A stretch of 64,000 bases of DNA from a bacterium (GTDB lineage Bacteria > Verrucomicrobiota > Lentisphaeria > Victivallales > GWF2-38-69), in the NCBI GenBank assembly GCA_021781705.1, contig JAJXWI010000003.1, positions 2,919-66,918 on the forward strand, written 5' to 3'. Both the position numbers and the translations under genes were made by a program. Positions 49,434 to 58,246 of the stretch are shown in pieces; the stretch's first letter is position 1, and each line of letters starts with the position of its first letter. The notes under the pieces were generated by a model. That model saw only the letters and a list, made by a program, of their open reading frames with translations. It had not been told where the DNA came from and ran no database searches.

Positions 49434-50837
49434 ATGGACATAAAAGATATTAATTCTGTTTCTTCTGATTTGAAACAGGCTTTTAGCAAAGCGCTTCAGG
49501 CTATTGATAAAAATAATCTTGAATATGCTACTGAAATTCTAAAAGGGCTGGTGTTGAAGGAGCCTGGATTTATTCAAGCCCGGGAAAAGCTTAGAGTCGT
49601 AGAAAAAATGCGAGCCAAAACAGGCTTTTTTGGGAGCGCGATATCCTCCATAAAAGTAAAAAAGACAGTAAAGCTTGCGCAATTAGACATTCTTAGGGGA
49701 AAATATTCCGATGCTATGGTTAAAGCAGAAGAAGCTCTTGCCATTCATGTAAGAGATTTGGGCGCTTTAAAAGTACTGGCGGAAGCCGGCACGGCTCTTT
49801 CGGCGTTGTTTATAGCTGTTGAAGCATATGAACTGGCTTACAGCTTTTATCCCGATAATCCTGAAGTGATAAAACTTTTGTCAGAAGTTTACAGGCTGGC
49901 AGGAAGAGGAAAAGATGAGCTGAAGATGCGGCAAAAACTTGTTAGCATGTTTCCTGACGATCTTGAGTATAAGCAAGAATCCAGATCTGCCGGAGCACTG
50001 GCTACCATGGAAAAAGAAAAATTTAATAATCTGGACTCCTCGTACAGGGATAAGTTAAAGGACGCTGAAGAATCGGGGCTTTTAGAGCAGCAGGAGAAGA
50101 TCGTTCACAATATTGATGATGTCAGAGGGCTGGTTAATAGTCTGGAAGAACAATTGAAGGAATCTCCAAATTCTGTTTATATTCTCAGAGATCTGGCCTG
50201 GGCTTACTATAAGGCTGAATGTTACGAAAAGGCCTTAACCTATTTTCGAAAACTGCACACTTTGCAGGAACATTTCGATTTAAGTGCGGACAAGGCGCTT
50301 GAGGGTTCAGAATTAGCTATTTTGAATAGAAAGATAGACTCTTTGGCTAAAGATGCTGAAAGCTGTGGGGAAAAGGAAAAGCAAGCAGGGCTGATGCAGG
50401 AATTGGAAAGCCTGACAAGTAATAAATACAATATCCGAAAAGGATATGCAGAAAACAGAGTTAAGCTTTACCCTAATGATTTACAACTACATTATGATCT
50501 CGGAATTATATACTGGGTAGGGAAAGATATAGAACGTGCAATAGAAGAGTTTCAGATGGCTCGGAAACATCCCAAATGGAGCTTCTCCTCTCAAGTTCAT
50601 CTAGGTTTGTGTTTTTATCAAAAAGGACATTATGAACTAGCCAAGGATCAGCTGAGTAACGCTATAAAAATGGAAAGTTCGAATGACAAGGAACTGCTAG
50701 ATGCCGTTTATTTCTTAGGTCTTTCTTTTGAAAAATTAAAAGATGTTCCAAATGCAAAAGAATGCTTTAAGAAAGTTTATTCTGTAAATGTCAGATACAG
50801 AGATATATCTGAAAAAATAAAGCTATACTACAATTGA
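49434..50837 (+). CDS. TPR-repeat protein
   Basis: 467 aa with repeated A/Y/L-spaced helical-hairpin pattern (AWAYYKAECYEKALTYF, LGLCFYQKGHYELA, etc.). Confidence 0.7.
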   Translation: MDIKDINSVSSDLKQAFSKALQAIDKNNLEYATEILKGLVLKEPGFIQAREKLRVVEKMRAKTGFFGSAISSIKVKKTVKLAQLDILRGKYSDAMVKAEEALAIHVRDLGALKVLAEAGTALSALFIAVEAYELAYSFYPDNPEVIKLLSEVYRLAGRGKDELKMRQKLVSMFPDDLEYKQESRSAGALATMEKEKFNNLDSSYRDKLKDAEESGLLEQQEKIVHNIDDVRGLVNSLEEQLKESPNSVYILRDLAWAYYKAECYEKALTYFRKLHTLQEHFDLSADKALEGSELAILNRKIDSLAKDAESCGEKEKQAGLMQELESLTSNKYNIRKGYAENRVKLYPNDLQLHYDLGIIYWVGKDIERAIEEFQMARKHPKWSFSSQVHLGLCFYQKGHYELAKDQLSNAIKMESSNDKELLDAVYFLGLSFEKLKDVPNAKECFKKVYSVNVRYRDISEKIKLYYN

Positions 50838-50940
50838 TGTTTATTTATAAATCATAAGGAAAAATCAAAAAAAATAAATTCCGGGCTTGCCTTTAATTTT
50901 CTACTTGTGTACTTTATAATCCATTTTGCTTCTAATATGT

Positions 50941-51017
50941 GGTTCCGTAGCTCAGTTGGTTAGAGCAGATGACTCATAATCATCGGGTCGCTGGTTCGAG
51001 TCCAGCCGGGACCACCA
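50941..51017 (+). tRNA. tRNA with CAU anticodon (elongator Met or lysidine-modified Ile2), CCA encoded
   Basis: 77 nt cloverleaf; acceptor GGTTCCG/CGGGACC, anticodon arm GATGA-CTCATAA-TCATC. The T arm GCTGG-TTCGAGT-CCAGC resembles E. coli ileX as I recall it, so Ile2 is possible. Confidence 0.9.
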
Positions 51018-51031
51018 TTTTCTTTTCACGA

Positions 51032-51129
51032 ACAGATCGCCGAGCTGTCCGTTTGGTGTGTGCGCATACTTCACTAAACCCTTAACCTCCATCTCATTCA
51101 CCAGGATTTAATATTTGCGCATAGTTTGA
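51032..51129 (+). repeat. Partial repeat modules F and I-tail downstream of the tRNA
   Basis: ACAGATCGCCGAGCTGTCC (module F hairpin without the GGTAGGG core) and ...cctccatctcattcaccag...gcgcatagtttg, which matches the 49365-49408 tail. Confidence 0.6.
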
Positions 51130-51223
51130 TGAATGTTTTCTATATTTTTGGTGTTATAGCTTTATATTAAACCAGAAAGTTGAGTATTTAATAATCAAAC
51201 TTATAGAGCTGGAGAATGTTCTT

Positions 51224-52366
51224 ATGCGAAAAGATTTTTTGCCTTTCTGCAGGCCGTCCATAAATAAAGAAGATGTAAAAGCCGTTGACGAAGTTTTACT
51301 TTCCGGCTGGATTACCACCGGCAAATGGAATAACGAATTCGAAAAGCAACTATGCGAATATACTGGAGCAAAATATGGCGTAGCGTTAACTTCTGCTACT
51401 GCCGGAATGCATATACTCCTCAAGGCACTGAATATCGGCCCCGGCGACGAAGTTATCACACCTTCTCTGACTTGGGTTTCTACAATAAATTTAATTACTC
51501 TTTCAGGCGCAACCCCGGTATTTCCAGACATTGATCGCGACACATTAATGGTGACCCCCGATTCAATAAAAAAGTGCATCACAGCTAAAACAAAACTTAT
51601 CATACCTGTTCACTATGCCGGTGCGCCAGTCGACCTTGACGCAATCAATTCTCTAGCTAAACAGCATGGTATTACTATTGTAGAAGATGCTGCTCACGCC
51701 ATTGGCACTTTTTATAAAGGCAAACATATCGGGCATGAAAATACGGCAATTTATTCTTTCCACCCAATAAAGAACATCACTACCGGCGAAGGCGGCATGA
51801 TTACGACAAATGATCCGGAATTAATAGAAAAGCTCAGACGCCTAAAATTTCACGGGCTTGGTGTTGATGCTTTTGACCGCCAGCAGCAAGGCCGTTCTCC
51901 TCAGGCTCAGGTAGTTGATCCCGGATACAAATATAATCTTACGGATATTGCCGCAGTTCTTGGAGTTAAACAGCTTTCAAGGATTGGAGAAATAAACAAA
52001 AAACGTACTGAAATAGCCATGATGTACAGGCAAAAGCTGCAGGGAATTGAAGGGATTCTTCCGCTTAAAGATCCAAATTATGAATTTACCCATGCATGGA
52101 ATCTCTTCATTGTCAGGGTGACGACTGATAAGATAACCAGAAATGCTTTCATGGAAGAGCTCAAAAAGCTTAATATTGGAACAGGCCTTCATTTCCTAGC
52201 GGCGCATGTTCAGAAATATTACCGAGAAACTATGAATATTGCCCCAGGAGTATTAGCAAATACAGAATGGAACTCTGACAGGATGTGCTCAATTCCATTA
52301 TTCCCTGACATGACAGAGCAGGATGTTGATGATGTTGTGTCAGCTATCAGGAAAGTTGTTGGGTGA
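51224..52366 (+). CDS. arnB: UDP-4-amino-4-deoxy-L-arabinose--oxoglutarate aminotransferase-like (DegT/ArnB family)
   Basis: Near-colinear with E. coli ArnB as remembered: FLPFCRPS, SGWITTG, TSATAGMH, GDEVITPSLTWVST, IPVHYAGAP, FSFHPIKNIT, LKFHGLGVDA, GYKYNLTDI, NTEWNSDR. Confidence 0.85.
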   Translation: MRKDFLPFCRPSINKEDVKAVDEVLLSGWITTGKWNNEFEKQLCEYTGAKYGVALTSATAGMHILLKALNIGPGDEVITPSLTWVSTINLITLSGATPVFPDIDRDTLMVTPDSIKKCITAKTKLIIPVHYAGAPVDLDAINSLAKQHGITIVEDAAHAIGTFYKGKHIGHENTAIYSFHPIKNITTGEGGMITTNDPELIEKLRRLKFHGLGVDAFDRQQQGRSPQAQVVDPGYKYNLTDIAAVLGVKQLSRIGEINKKRTEIAMMYRQKLQGIEGILPLKDPNYEFTHAWNLFIVRVTTDKITRNAFMEELKKLNIGTGLHFLAAHVQKYYRETMNIAPGVLANTEWNSDRMCSIPLFPDMTEQDVDDVVSAIRKVVG

Positions 52367-52385
52367 TGGGGGATGGATCGTAGAT

Positions 52386-52441
52386 CATAGTTCATAGTTG
52401 GTAGTTGGTAGTTGGTAGTTGGTAGTTGGTGGTTGGTGGAG
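52386..52441 (+). repeat. 7-bp tandem tract (CATAGTT x2, GGTAGTT x4, GGTGGTT, GGTGGAG)
   Basis: Eight consecutive heptamers starting 20 nt after the arnB stop. Confidence 0.85.
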
Positions 52442-52444
52442 GAT

Positions 52445-52470
52445 GGTAGGGACGGCTCGCCGAGCCGTCC
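52445..52470 (+). repeat. REP-like unit: GGTAGGG core + GGACGGCTCG/CGAGCCGTCC palindrome
   Basis: 10-bp arms read directly; same architecture as module F copies. Confidence 0.8.
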
Positions 52471-52500
52471 GGTAAAAGAAGATAGATAAATATTCACTAA

Positions 52501-52771
52501 TATATTTATGTTCTAGCCACTGGCGTGAGCCCGTGGAAAACTTTATCACATAAAAATCAAGCCCTCATGCAGGGAGTGGCGACACTTTGAGTTTTTTCTC
52601 CAACACATTTCCCCGCAAAATACTAAAAAAAGAAATCAGTCGTTTTGAGGTTGCTAACATCTTTATCTGAATTCTTACCCGCCAACTGGTTCACTGGTTC
52701 ACCAGTATAAACGGACAGCTCGGCGATCTGTCCCTACCAAGACTCACTACGATCCACCATCTACGACCCAC
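52501..52771 (+). repeat. ~270-bp composite intergenic repeat, copy a
   Basis: Module order A (ctagCCACTGGCGTGAGCCCGTGG), B (CCCTCATGCAGGG...), C, D, E, F (GGACAGCTCGGCGATCTGTCCCTACC), heptamer tail; ends at the fbaB stop codon. Confidence 0.85.
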
Positions 52772-53824
52772 TCACGCAATCGTGATGGTATTATCGAGAT
52801 ATACATCCTGGACTGCCTGGATAAGCTTAATTCCCTCTTCCATCGGCTTCTGGAATGCTTTTCTTCCCATTATTAGCCCTGTGCCGCCGGCGCGTTTGTT
52901 TATAACTGCTGTTTTAACGGCTTCCTTGAGGTCATTGGTTCCCGATGCTCCGCCGGAGTTTATAAGTCCTATTCTGCCCATGTAGCAGTTAGCCACCTGG
53001 TATCTGGTCAAGTCTATTGGATGGGTTGTAGTTAATTTTGAGTAAACCAGGGAGCTGGTTTTTCCGAATTTTACAGCATTGTACCCGCCATTGTTTGTCG
53101 GGAGTTTTTGTTTTATTATATCGGCCTTAATGGTAACGCCCAGATGGTTAGCCTGTCCTGTTAGGTCCGCTGATTCTTCGTAATTAACTTCGCCCACCTT
53201 GAAAGCATTATTTCTCAAGTAGCACCATAAAACTGTGAACATTCCCAGGGCGTGGGCTTTTTCAAATGCTTTTGAAACTTCTTCTATCTGCCGCCTCGAC
53301 TCAGGAGAACCGAAGTAGATGGTTGCGCCTATGCCTGCTGCGCCCATGTTGAAGGCATCTTCTATCGAGGCGAAGAGCTTCTGGTCGTAGGTATTCGGGT
53401 ACGAAAGAATCTCATTATGATTTATTTTTAACAAAAAAGGGATTTTATGCGCGTATTTTCTAGCGACTGATGCCAAAACGCCTAGTGTCGAAGCTACGGC
53501 GTTGCATTCGGCCTCAATAGCCAGCTTTACTATGTTTTCAGGATCAAAATAGATTGGATTTGGTGCAAATGAGGCTCCTCCCGAGTGTTCTATCCCTTGG
53601 TCTACAGGAAGTATCGAGAGGTATCCCGTTCCTGCAAGACGTCCGGTATTATACAATAATTGAAGGTTCCTAAGAACATTTATAGGCCTGTCTGACGGAG
53701 CAAAAACTTTATCCACAAAATCTCCCGACGGCAGATGAAGCATTTCTTTTGGAATAGCGGTGCACTTGTGGGTTAATAGAAATTCTTTTTCTTCTCCCAG
53801 AACATCGCAGACATTGATTCCCAT
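52772..53824 (-). CDS. fbaB: Class I fructose-bisphosphate aldolase (FbaB/DhnA type)
   Basis: Long colinear match to E. coli FbaB as remembered ([40 protein letters not shown]...). Confidence 0.9.
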   Translation of the reverse strand: MGINVCDVLGEEKEFLLTHKCTAIPKEMLHLPSGDFVDKVFAPSDRPINVLRNLQLLYNTGRLAGTGYLSILPVDQGIEHSGGASFAPNPIYFDPENIVKLAIEAECNAVASTLGVLASVARKYAHKIPFLLKINHNEILSYPNTYDQKLFASIEDAFNMGAAGIGATIYFGSPESRRQIEEVSKAFEKAHALGMFTVLWCYLRNNAFKVGEVNYEESADLTGQANHLGVTIKADIIKQKLPTNNGGYNAVKFGKTSSLVYSKLTTTHPIDLTRYQVANCYMGRIGLINSGGASGTNDLKEAVKTAVINKRAGGTGLIMGRKAFQKPMEEGIKLIQAVQDVYLDNTITIA

Positions 53825-54105
53825 ATTTCCTCCTGTTTTTACGGGTTGGATTTTTTGAAAGGCCAGAGATTTTAAAATCTATAGTCCGATTATAGCTTGA
53901 GAAGTATAAAATTTTCATCAGCTGTGCGAATTTTTTTTTAAATACTCAAAGTTTAGGGTTTCAAACAGCTTGATTTTCTCACACGGAGGCACAACGGTAC
54001 AAAGATTTCTCTCTGTGGTGAAAATGATCTTCCCAGCACCTTTGAGTGCCGGTATTCTTTTTAAGCATTTATGTCGCAACTCCTTTTAGGAGAGCTTGGT
54101 TATGG

Positions 54106-54422
54106 CTCTTTTTTCTATTCCACGGGCTCACGCCCATGGCTAACATGTCTATTATATTTATATTCTAGCCACGGGCGTGAGCCCGTGGAAAACTTTATCA
54201 CATAAAGATCAAGCCCTCATGCAGGGAGTGGCGACACTTTTAGTTTTAGCAAGGTTGTCGGAACCGTAAAATACTAAAAAAGAAATCAGCCGTTTTGAGG
54301 GTGGTAACATCTTTATCTGAATTCTTACTCGCCAACTGGTTCACTGGTTAGCCTGTTCACCAACATTATCGGACAGCTCGGCGATCTGTCCCTACCCAGA
54401 CCAACCACGATTCATGAACCAA
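54106..54422 (+). repeat. Composite intergenic repeat, copy b, with an extra inverted A hairpin at its left end
   Basis: 54153-54422 aligns with copy a. 54106-54253 is nearly identical to the reverse complement of 60322-60471. Ends at the stop of the 54423 gene. Confidence 0.85.
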
Positions 54423-55265
54423 CTACTCCTGCCCCCTATTTCCAATGTATACCATTTTTGTGAACGTTACTTGACGGCTTGTTCTGAATGCCTGAGCGGC
54501 TGGAGTTTCATTTGCCGGATAAACATTGGCACCTTGGAGTTTTATCCATTTCTGCCATGAGTCTTTATCCATTACTGTCAGATCAACAGTAACTACAGAA
54601 GGAAAAGGAGTTGGTGAAGGAGCAGTAGTACTTATATCAGGATTAATAATCGTACTAGTATCAGTACCTGTAGCACAAGTAAAAGAGAGGTCTATGACAT
54701 AAGGAATAAGTTTCTGGTAAGCTTCTGACGAGTTAGAATTTGCAGTAAAGGCCGATGTATCAGCTGCGAATCCCACTGTAAGATTATTAAGGTAGTTCCA
54801 TTTTGGATTATCACTGCCATCTGAATTCTTGTCGCCTGTAACGCTTCTTCTGACCCATCCCTCATTTGCGTCATGATTAGTCGCATAATAGAGTTGATAT
54901 TTTACTTCACAAAGAGTGGACGCACACTCAGAATTAGGAGGGATTGGTGTATCTGCTACAAATGCCAGCAATTCGTTCCTATACTCACCCCAGCCAGCCG
55001 GCCGGCCGCCATTCCAGTGCCAAAAAGGAGCAGAACCTTCACCATGATAAGCGCTTTCGAGATCCCTTGAAATCAGGTCTAGAGCTATACGTGCATCTTC
55101 AAAGGTTGATCTTTTTGCATCCGTTGTAGTCCAAGTGTTTTGCGCAGTTGAAAAAAAATGAAATGCTACAAGGATCAGGACTGAAAAAACAGCCATAACA
55201 GCCAGCAATTCAACTAAGGAAAAATACTTCCGTTTTGTCTTATCTTTCATAAATCTGGCTTTCAT
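54423..55265 (-). CDS. GspJ/PulJ-like minor pseudopilin
   Basis: GGAG 7 nt before the Met at 55265; MKARFMKDKTKRKY-FSLVELLAVMAVFSVLILVAF prepilin-type hydrophobic N-terminus; ARIALDLISRDLESA resembles GspJ. Confidence 0.65.
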   Translation of the reverse strand: MKARFMKDKTKRKYFSLVELLAVMAVFSVLILVAFHFFSTAQNTWTTTDAKRSTFEDARIALDLISRDLESAYHGEGSAPFWHWNGGRPAGWGEYRNELLAFVADTPIPPNSECASTLCEVKYQLYYATNHDANEGWVRRSVTGDKNSDGSDNPKWNYLNNLTVGFAADTSAFTANSNSSEAYQKLIPYVIDLSFTCATGTDTSTIINPDISTTAPSPTPFPSVVTVDLTVMDKDSWQKWIKLQGANVYPANETPAAQAFRTSRQVTFTKMVYIGNRGQE

Positions 55266-55331
55266 TAGAAACTCCAATAACTACCCAGTTTCCCGGCAAG
55301 TCCTTCAGCAAAGGACGTCATTAAGTCTATC

Positions 55332-55356
55332 AGACAGCTCGGCGATCTGTCCCTAC
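55332..55356 (-). repeat. Solo REP-like module F inside the pseudopilin operon
   Basis: GACAGCTCGGCGATCTGTCCCTACC; on the gene-sense (minus) strand this is GGTAGGG + hairpin, between the 55522 stop and the 55265 start. Confidence 0.75.
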
Positions 55357-55521
55357 CTAATTGTTTTCCCAAGGTTTTCTTATAGCAGGGCGTCCTTCTT
55401 TTACCACTTATTTCACTAAATACTTATCTCCGCTCGTAACTAGAATATACACCGAAGGTTAAAGAAACAAAGGAGCTCCTTACAAAACAGAAACAACTTT
55501 CCCAATTTTTATAAATACTAA

Positions 55522-58176
55522 CTAGTCAGACAGATAAATAAATCTCTTAACGTAGAACTTGCTGGGCGAGGTTGTGAAGTCACGTTTAATAATTGCAAGA
55601 ATCTTCTGAGACGCCAATATCTCATCGGCGTTGGGATCATAAACACTTGTATCTGTAGGAGTTGAAAGAGATTTTCCATATCTATCAAAACGAGTTCCTC
55701 CAATATCTCTAATAGCCTCCCCAACAGCTATTACAGTGTATTCTTCAGGAGACTCAGCCTTTGTAAGATTTATGAATTTTCCAATGAATTCTTCTTTCGT
55801 AGCATCCGTAGTACCCGTTGTCAACAAGTTCGCAACCGTCGTGTTGTTTAAGGTGTTAGCTCTTGTAGTAAAAGCCGTTCCTGTTCCCTGACTGCCGTTA
55901 ACAGCTATTATATTATTCGCAATAGTATTTGCAGTTGTCACACTCGTAGCAGTCCCTCCAGAGCCTGGATTGTCCTTGCTGCTGCCTATTTTTATATTAT
56001 CGAACAATGTTCTCAGAACGGATTGATTATCAGAATTTAGATTAATTTTTCCAAGGGTCGTAGTCCTTGATGTCATTTTTACCTGATCGAGGATGTTAGC
56101 ATCTCCATCATCATAATTATTTCCTCCTGCTCCCACATTAACGCCTTCAGTTGTGTTATATTTCTTTAGATTTAAAGTTTGGAATGCTTTAGCTCTGTGA
56201 ATTAATCCTAACTCCCATGGAGACTTCATGGGCGCATTCCGAATATACGCAGTAGATATTAGATAAGGATATGTTGCTGAAGGCTCGGGATCTGTAGAGC
56301 CTCCTGGATTTGGTGCAAAAACTGTGTTATTAGCAGTCAAACTTGGAGGAGGAGTAGAAGAAGTAGTAGTATAGGTCTTGAGACTCCAGTCGCTTGTAAG
56401 GGTATTCTGTCTTGGGTCATTTGTTTCATAAACGAAAATGAGCGTACCGGTAGTAGGAGTAGAAGAAGTACTTGATGCATTGGAAACTACCGGATACCAT
56501 GTAGTATTATTGTCAAATATGAAAGAATAATCATATAAATCTGCAGTCCCGGCGCCAAACAGCCTCACTTTTAGACTGTTTATTCTTGCCATTATTCTGG
56601 TATCAGCATAAGAACTGCTGGTAGTTGTAGTAAGGGTACGCACGGCATCTCTTTGAAGCGTATAGTTGATTGTAGGAAGAATAGACAGTGTCGTGTTTGA
56701 ATACCCATTACTAGTTGGTGCTGCTGAAGTTGTGAAAGGTGAAGACATGATTTCAAAGCTTTCAGAATCAAGTGTAGTTATTAAGGTTGGGGAACTGAAC
56801 TTTCCCCATTGAAGTTCAATGTCTTCCATGTCTACTTTAGCCTGTATTGACTTAGAAACTCCATACATATCTACGACTTGAACTGTATCTGCAATATTTT
56901 CAGTAGTAAATGTGTATATATAACGTCTACTTCCTCCCGAAAGTCCATTGGTTGCAACAACAATTTTTCCTGTAATAGACACCATAACACGATTTATATA
57001 GGGTACTTTTTCCAGTCCTATATAAGTGGGATCTGTATTAGTCCCGCTGTCAGTAGTAGGAATATCATTAGAATCGCAGTAATCTATTAAGTTGGCTATA
57101 ATCTGGCTTTGCGCAACACCCTTGTTAGCAAAACCACCTGAAGACTTCCAGCCGTTATCCCCAAGCCATGGTAAATAATTTGATTCACCAGATAAGGCAG
57201 TCATAAACTTTATGCCAGAAGCATTTCCTATTGAATTAACAGTTAATGTATCCCAGTCTGTTCTGGTAAGATTAAATCTATGATAGAATTCATTTGTATC
57301 TCTAATATTATCGTCGCTTACATCTACCCAAAAAGCCTCTGGATCTTCAAGCGCGTTTACATAAAATACTTTTCTAAAATAATCCCGTGTAGTATCATTA
57401 TTCGCTGCAATGCCAAGCGCATTAAAAATCTTTTCATAGTCTTTCCAGTTTCCTGCATTTCCAATAGGAACAAGCCCCGGCGGACTGCAGGTTGCAGCAC
57501 TCATTTTTTGAGTATATATAGCTGAAAATGCTGTTGTGTCAGCTTGCAACGAGGCCAGACTTAACTCAGTTAAATCCCTCCCTGGCCTGCCTACTACATA
57601 ATTGCCTGCAGTATCGACCGAAGTATTCCCCCCGCCATAGTTGAATTCAGACGGTGGCGTTATTCCCCACGAATCAGCATTAACACCTGAGTCTATCACT
57701 GCCCATGGATCAATCTTCCCTTTATCTGGAACAACAACATAAGCTATTCGTCCAATGATTGTTCCAGTGTCTGCCTGATTTGTCCTAAAATAAATCCACG
57801 AAACATTGGTAGTATCACTTGCTATACACCCGCTAGGATAATCAACAGGTAAAGAATAGTATGTGATTCCATTAATAACCGTGGTAAGTTTTGAAGCAAG
57901 AGATTCCGTGTCAGCATTGGTCCATGATGTCATATCGCTGCGATGACTCACTATATTACTGAAGCTTTCCTGTGGATTAGTGCTCGCACTCTTCATTAAT
58001 GCCACAGCCCTATTAAAAGCCGTTTGTGCAGCAACTCTTGCAGAAACTATATTCTGGTAGTTTGACGATGCTTTTTTTTCGACTATTGAAGTTGTCACAT
58101 AGGCAATACCCAAACAAAGAAGCAACGCCGTTATGCCTATTGCTAGAATTGTCGCTATACCATTTTCATTTTTCAT
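55522..58176 (-). CDS. Giant GspK/PilX-like minor pseudopilin (~885 aa)
   Basis: Start moved to the ATG at 58176 (MKNENGIATILAIGITALLLCLGIAYV). GspK-like landmarks ANLIDYCDSNDIP and MKSPWELGLIH. The upstream extension in the track ORF is encoded by a terminator hairpin. Confidence 0.6.
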   Translation of the reverse strand: MKNENGIATILAIGITALLLCLGIAYVTTSIVEKKASSNYQNIVSARVAAQTAFNRAVALMKSASTNPQESFSNIVSHRSDMTSWTNADTESLASKLTTVINGITYYSLPVDYPSGCIASDTTNVSWIYFRTNQADTGTIIGRIAYVVVPDKGKIDPWAVIDSGVNADSWGITPPSEFNYGGGNTSVDTAGNYVVGRPGRDLTELSLASLQADTTAFSAIYTQKMSAATCSPPGLVPIGNAGNWKDYEKIFNALGIAANNDTTRDYFRKVFYVNALEDPEAFWVDVSDDNIRDTNEFYHRFNLTRTDWDTLTVNSIGNASGIKFMTALSGESNYLPWLGDNGWKSSGGFANKGVAQSQIIANLIDYCDSNDIPTTDSGTNTDPTYIGLEKVPYINRVMVSITGKIVVATNGLSGGSRRYIYTFTTENIADTVQVVDMYGVSKSIQAKVDMEDIELQWGKFSSPTLITTLDSESFEIMSSPFTTSAAPTSNGYSNTTLSILPTINYTLQRDAVRTLTTTTSSSYADTRIMARINSLKVRLFGAGTADLYDYSFIFDNNTTWYPVVSNASSTSSTPTTGTLIFVYETNDPRQNTLTSDWSLKTYTTTSSTPPPSLTANNTVFAPNPGGSTDPEPSATYPYLISTAYIRNAPMKSPWELGLIHRAKAFQTLNLKKYNTTEGVNVGAGGNNYDDGDANILDQVKMTSRTTTLGKINLNSDNQSVLRTLFDNIKIGSSKDNPGSGGTATSVTTANTIANNIIAVNGSQGTGTAFTTRANTLNNTTVANLLTTGTTDATKEEFIGKFINLTKAESPEEYTVIAVGEAIRDIGGTRFDRYGKSLSTPTDTSVYDPNADEILASQKILAIIKRDFTTSPSKFYVKRFIYLSD

Positions 58177-58198
58177 GGGGCATTTGCCATATTTTGAA

Positions 58199-58230
58199 AA
58201 AATTAAAAAGGCAGGAATTCTTTCCTGCCC
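58199..58230 (-). terminator. Intrinsic terminator between the first and second pseudopilin genes
   Basis: Minus strand GGCAGGAA-AGAA-TTCCTGCC then TTTTTAATTTTTT, starting ~17 nt after the 58247 stop. Confidence 0.65.
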
Positions 58231-58246
58231 CAAAAACCGTTTCCTC

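Noticed and set aside
52219-52497. 92-aa minus-strand ORF (and the 70-aa ORF at 62093-62305) lying over repeat modules
   Set aside because: The reading frames exist only because heptamer tracts and hairpins lack stops (for example ...NHQLPTTNYQLPT...). The same DNA recurs in both orientations in non-coding contexts.
50941-52500. tRNA-associated genomic island starting at the CAU tRNA
   Set aside because: There is no integrase, no duplicated tRNA 3' segment (att site) further along, and the following genes are ordinary metabolic or envelope genes. The repeats downstream belong to the dispersed family.
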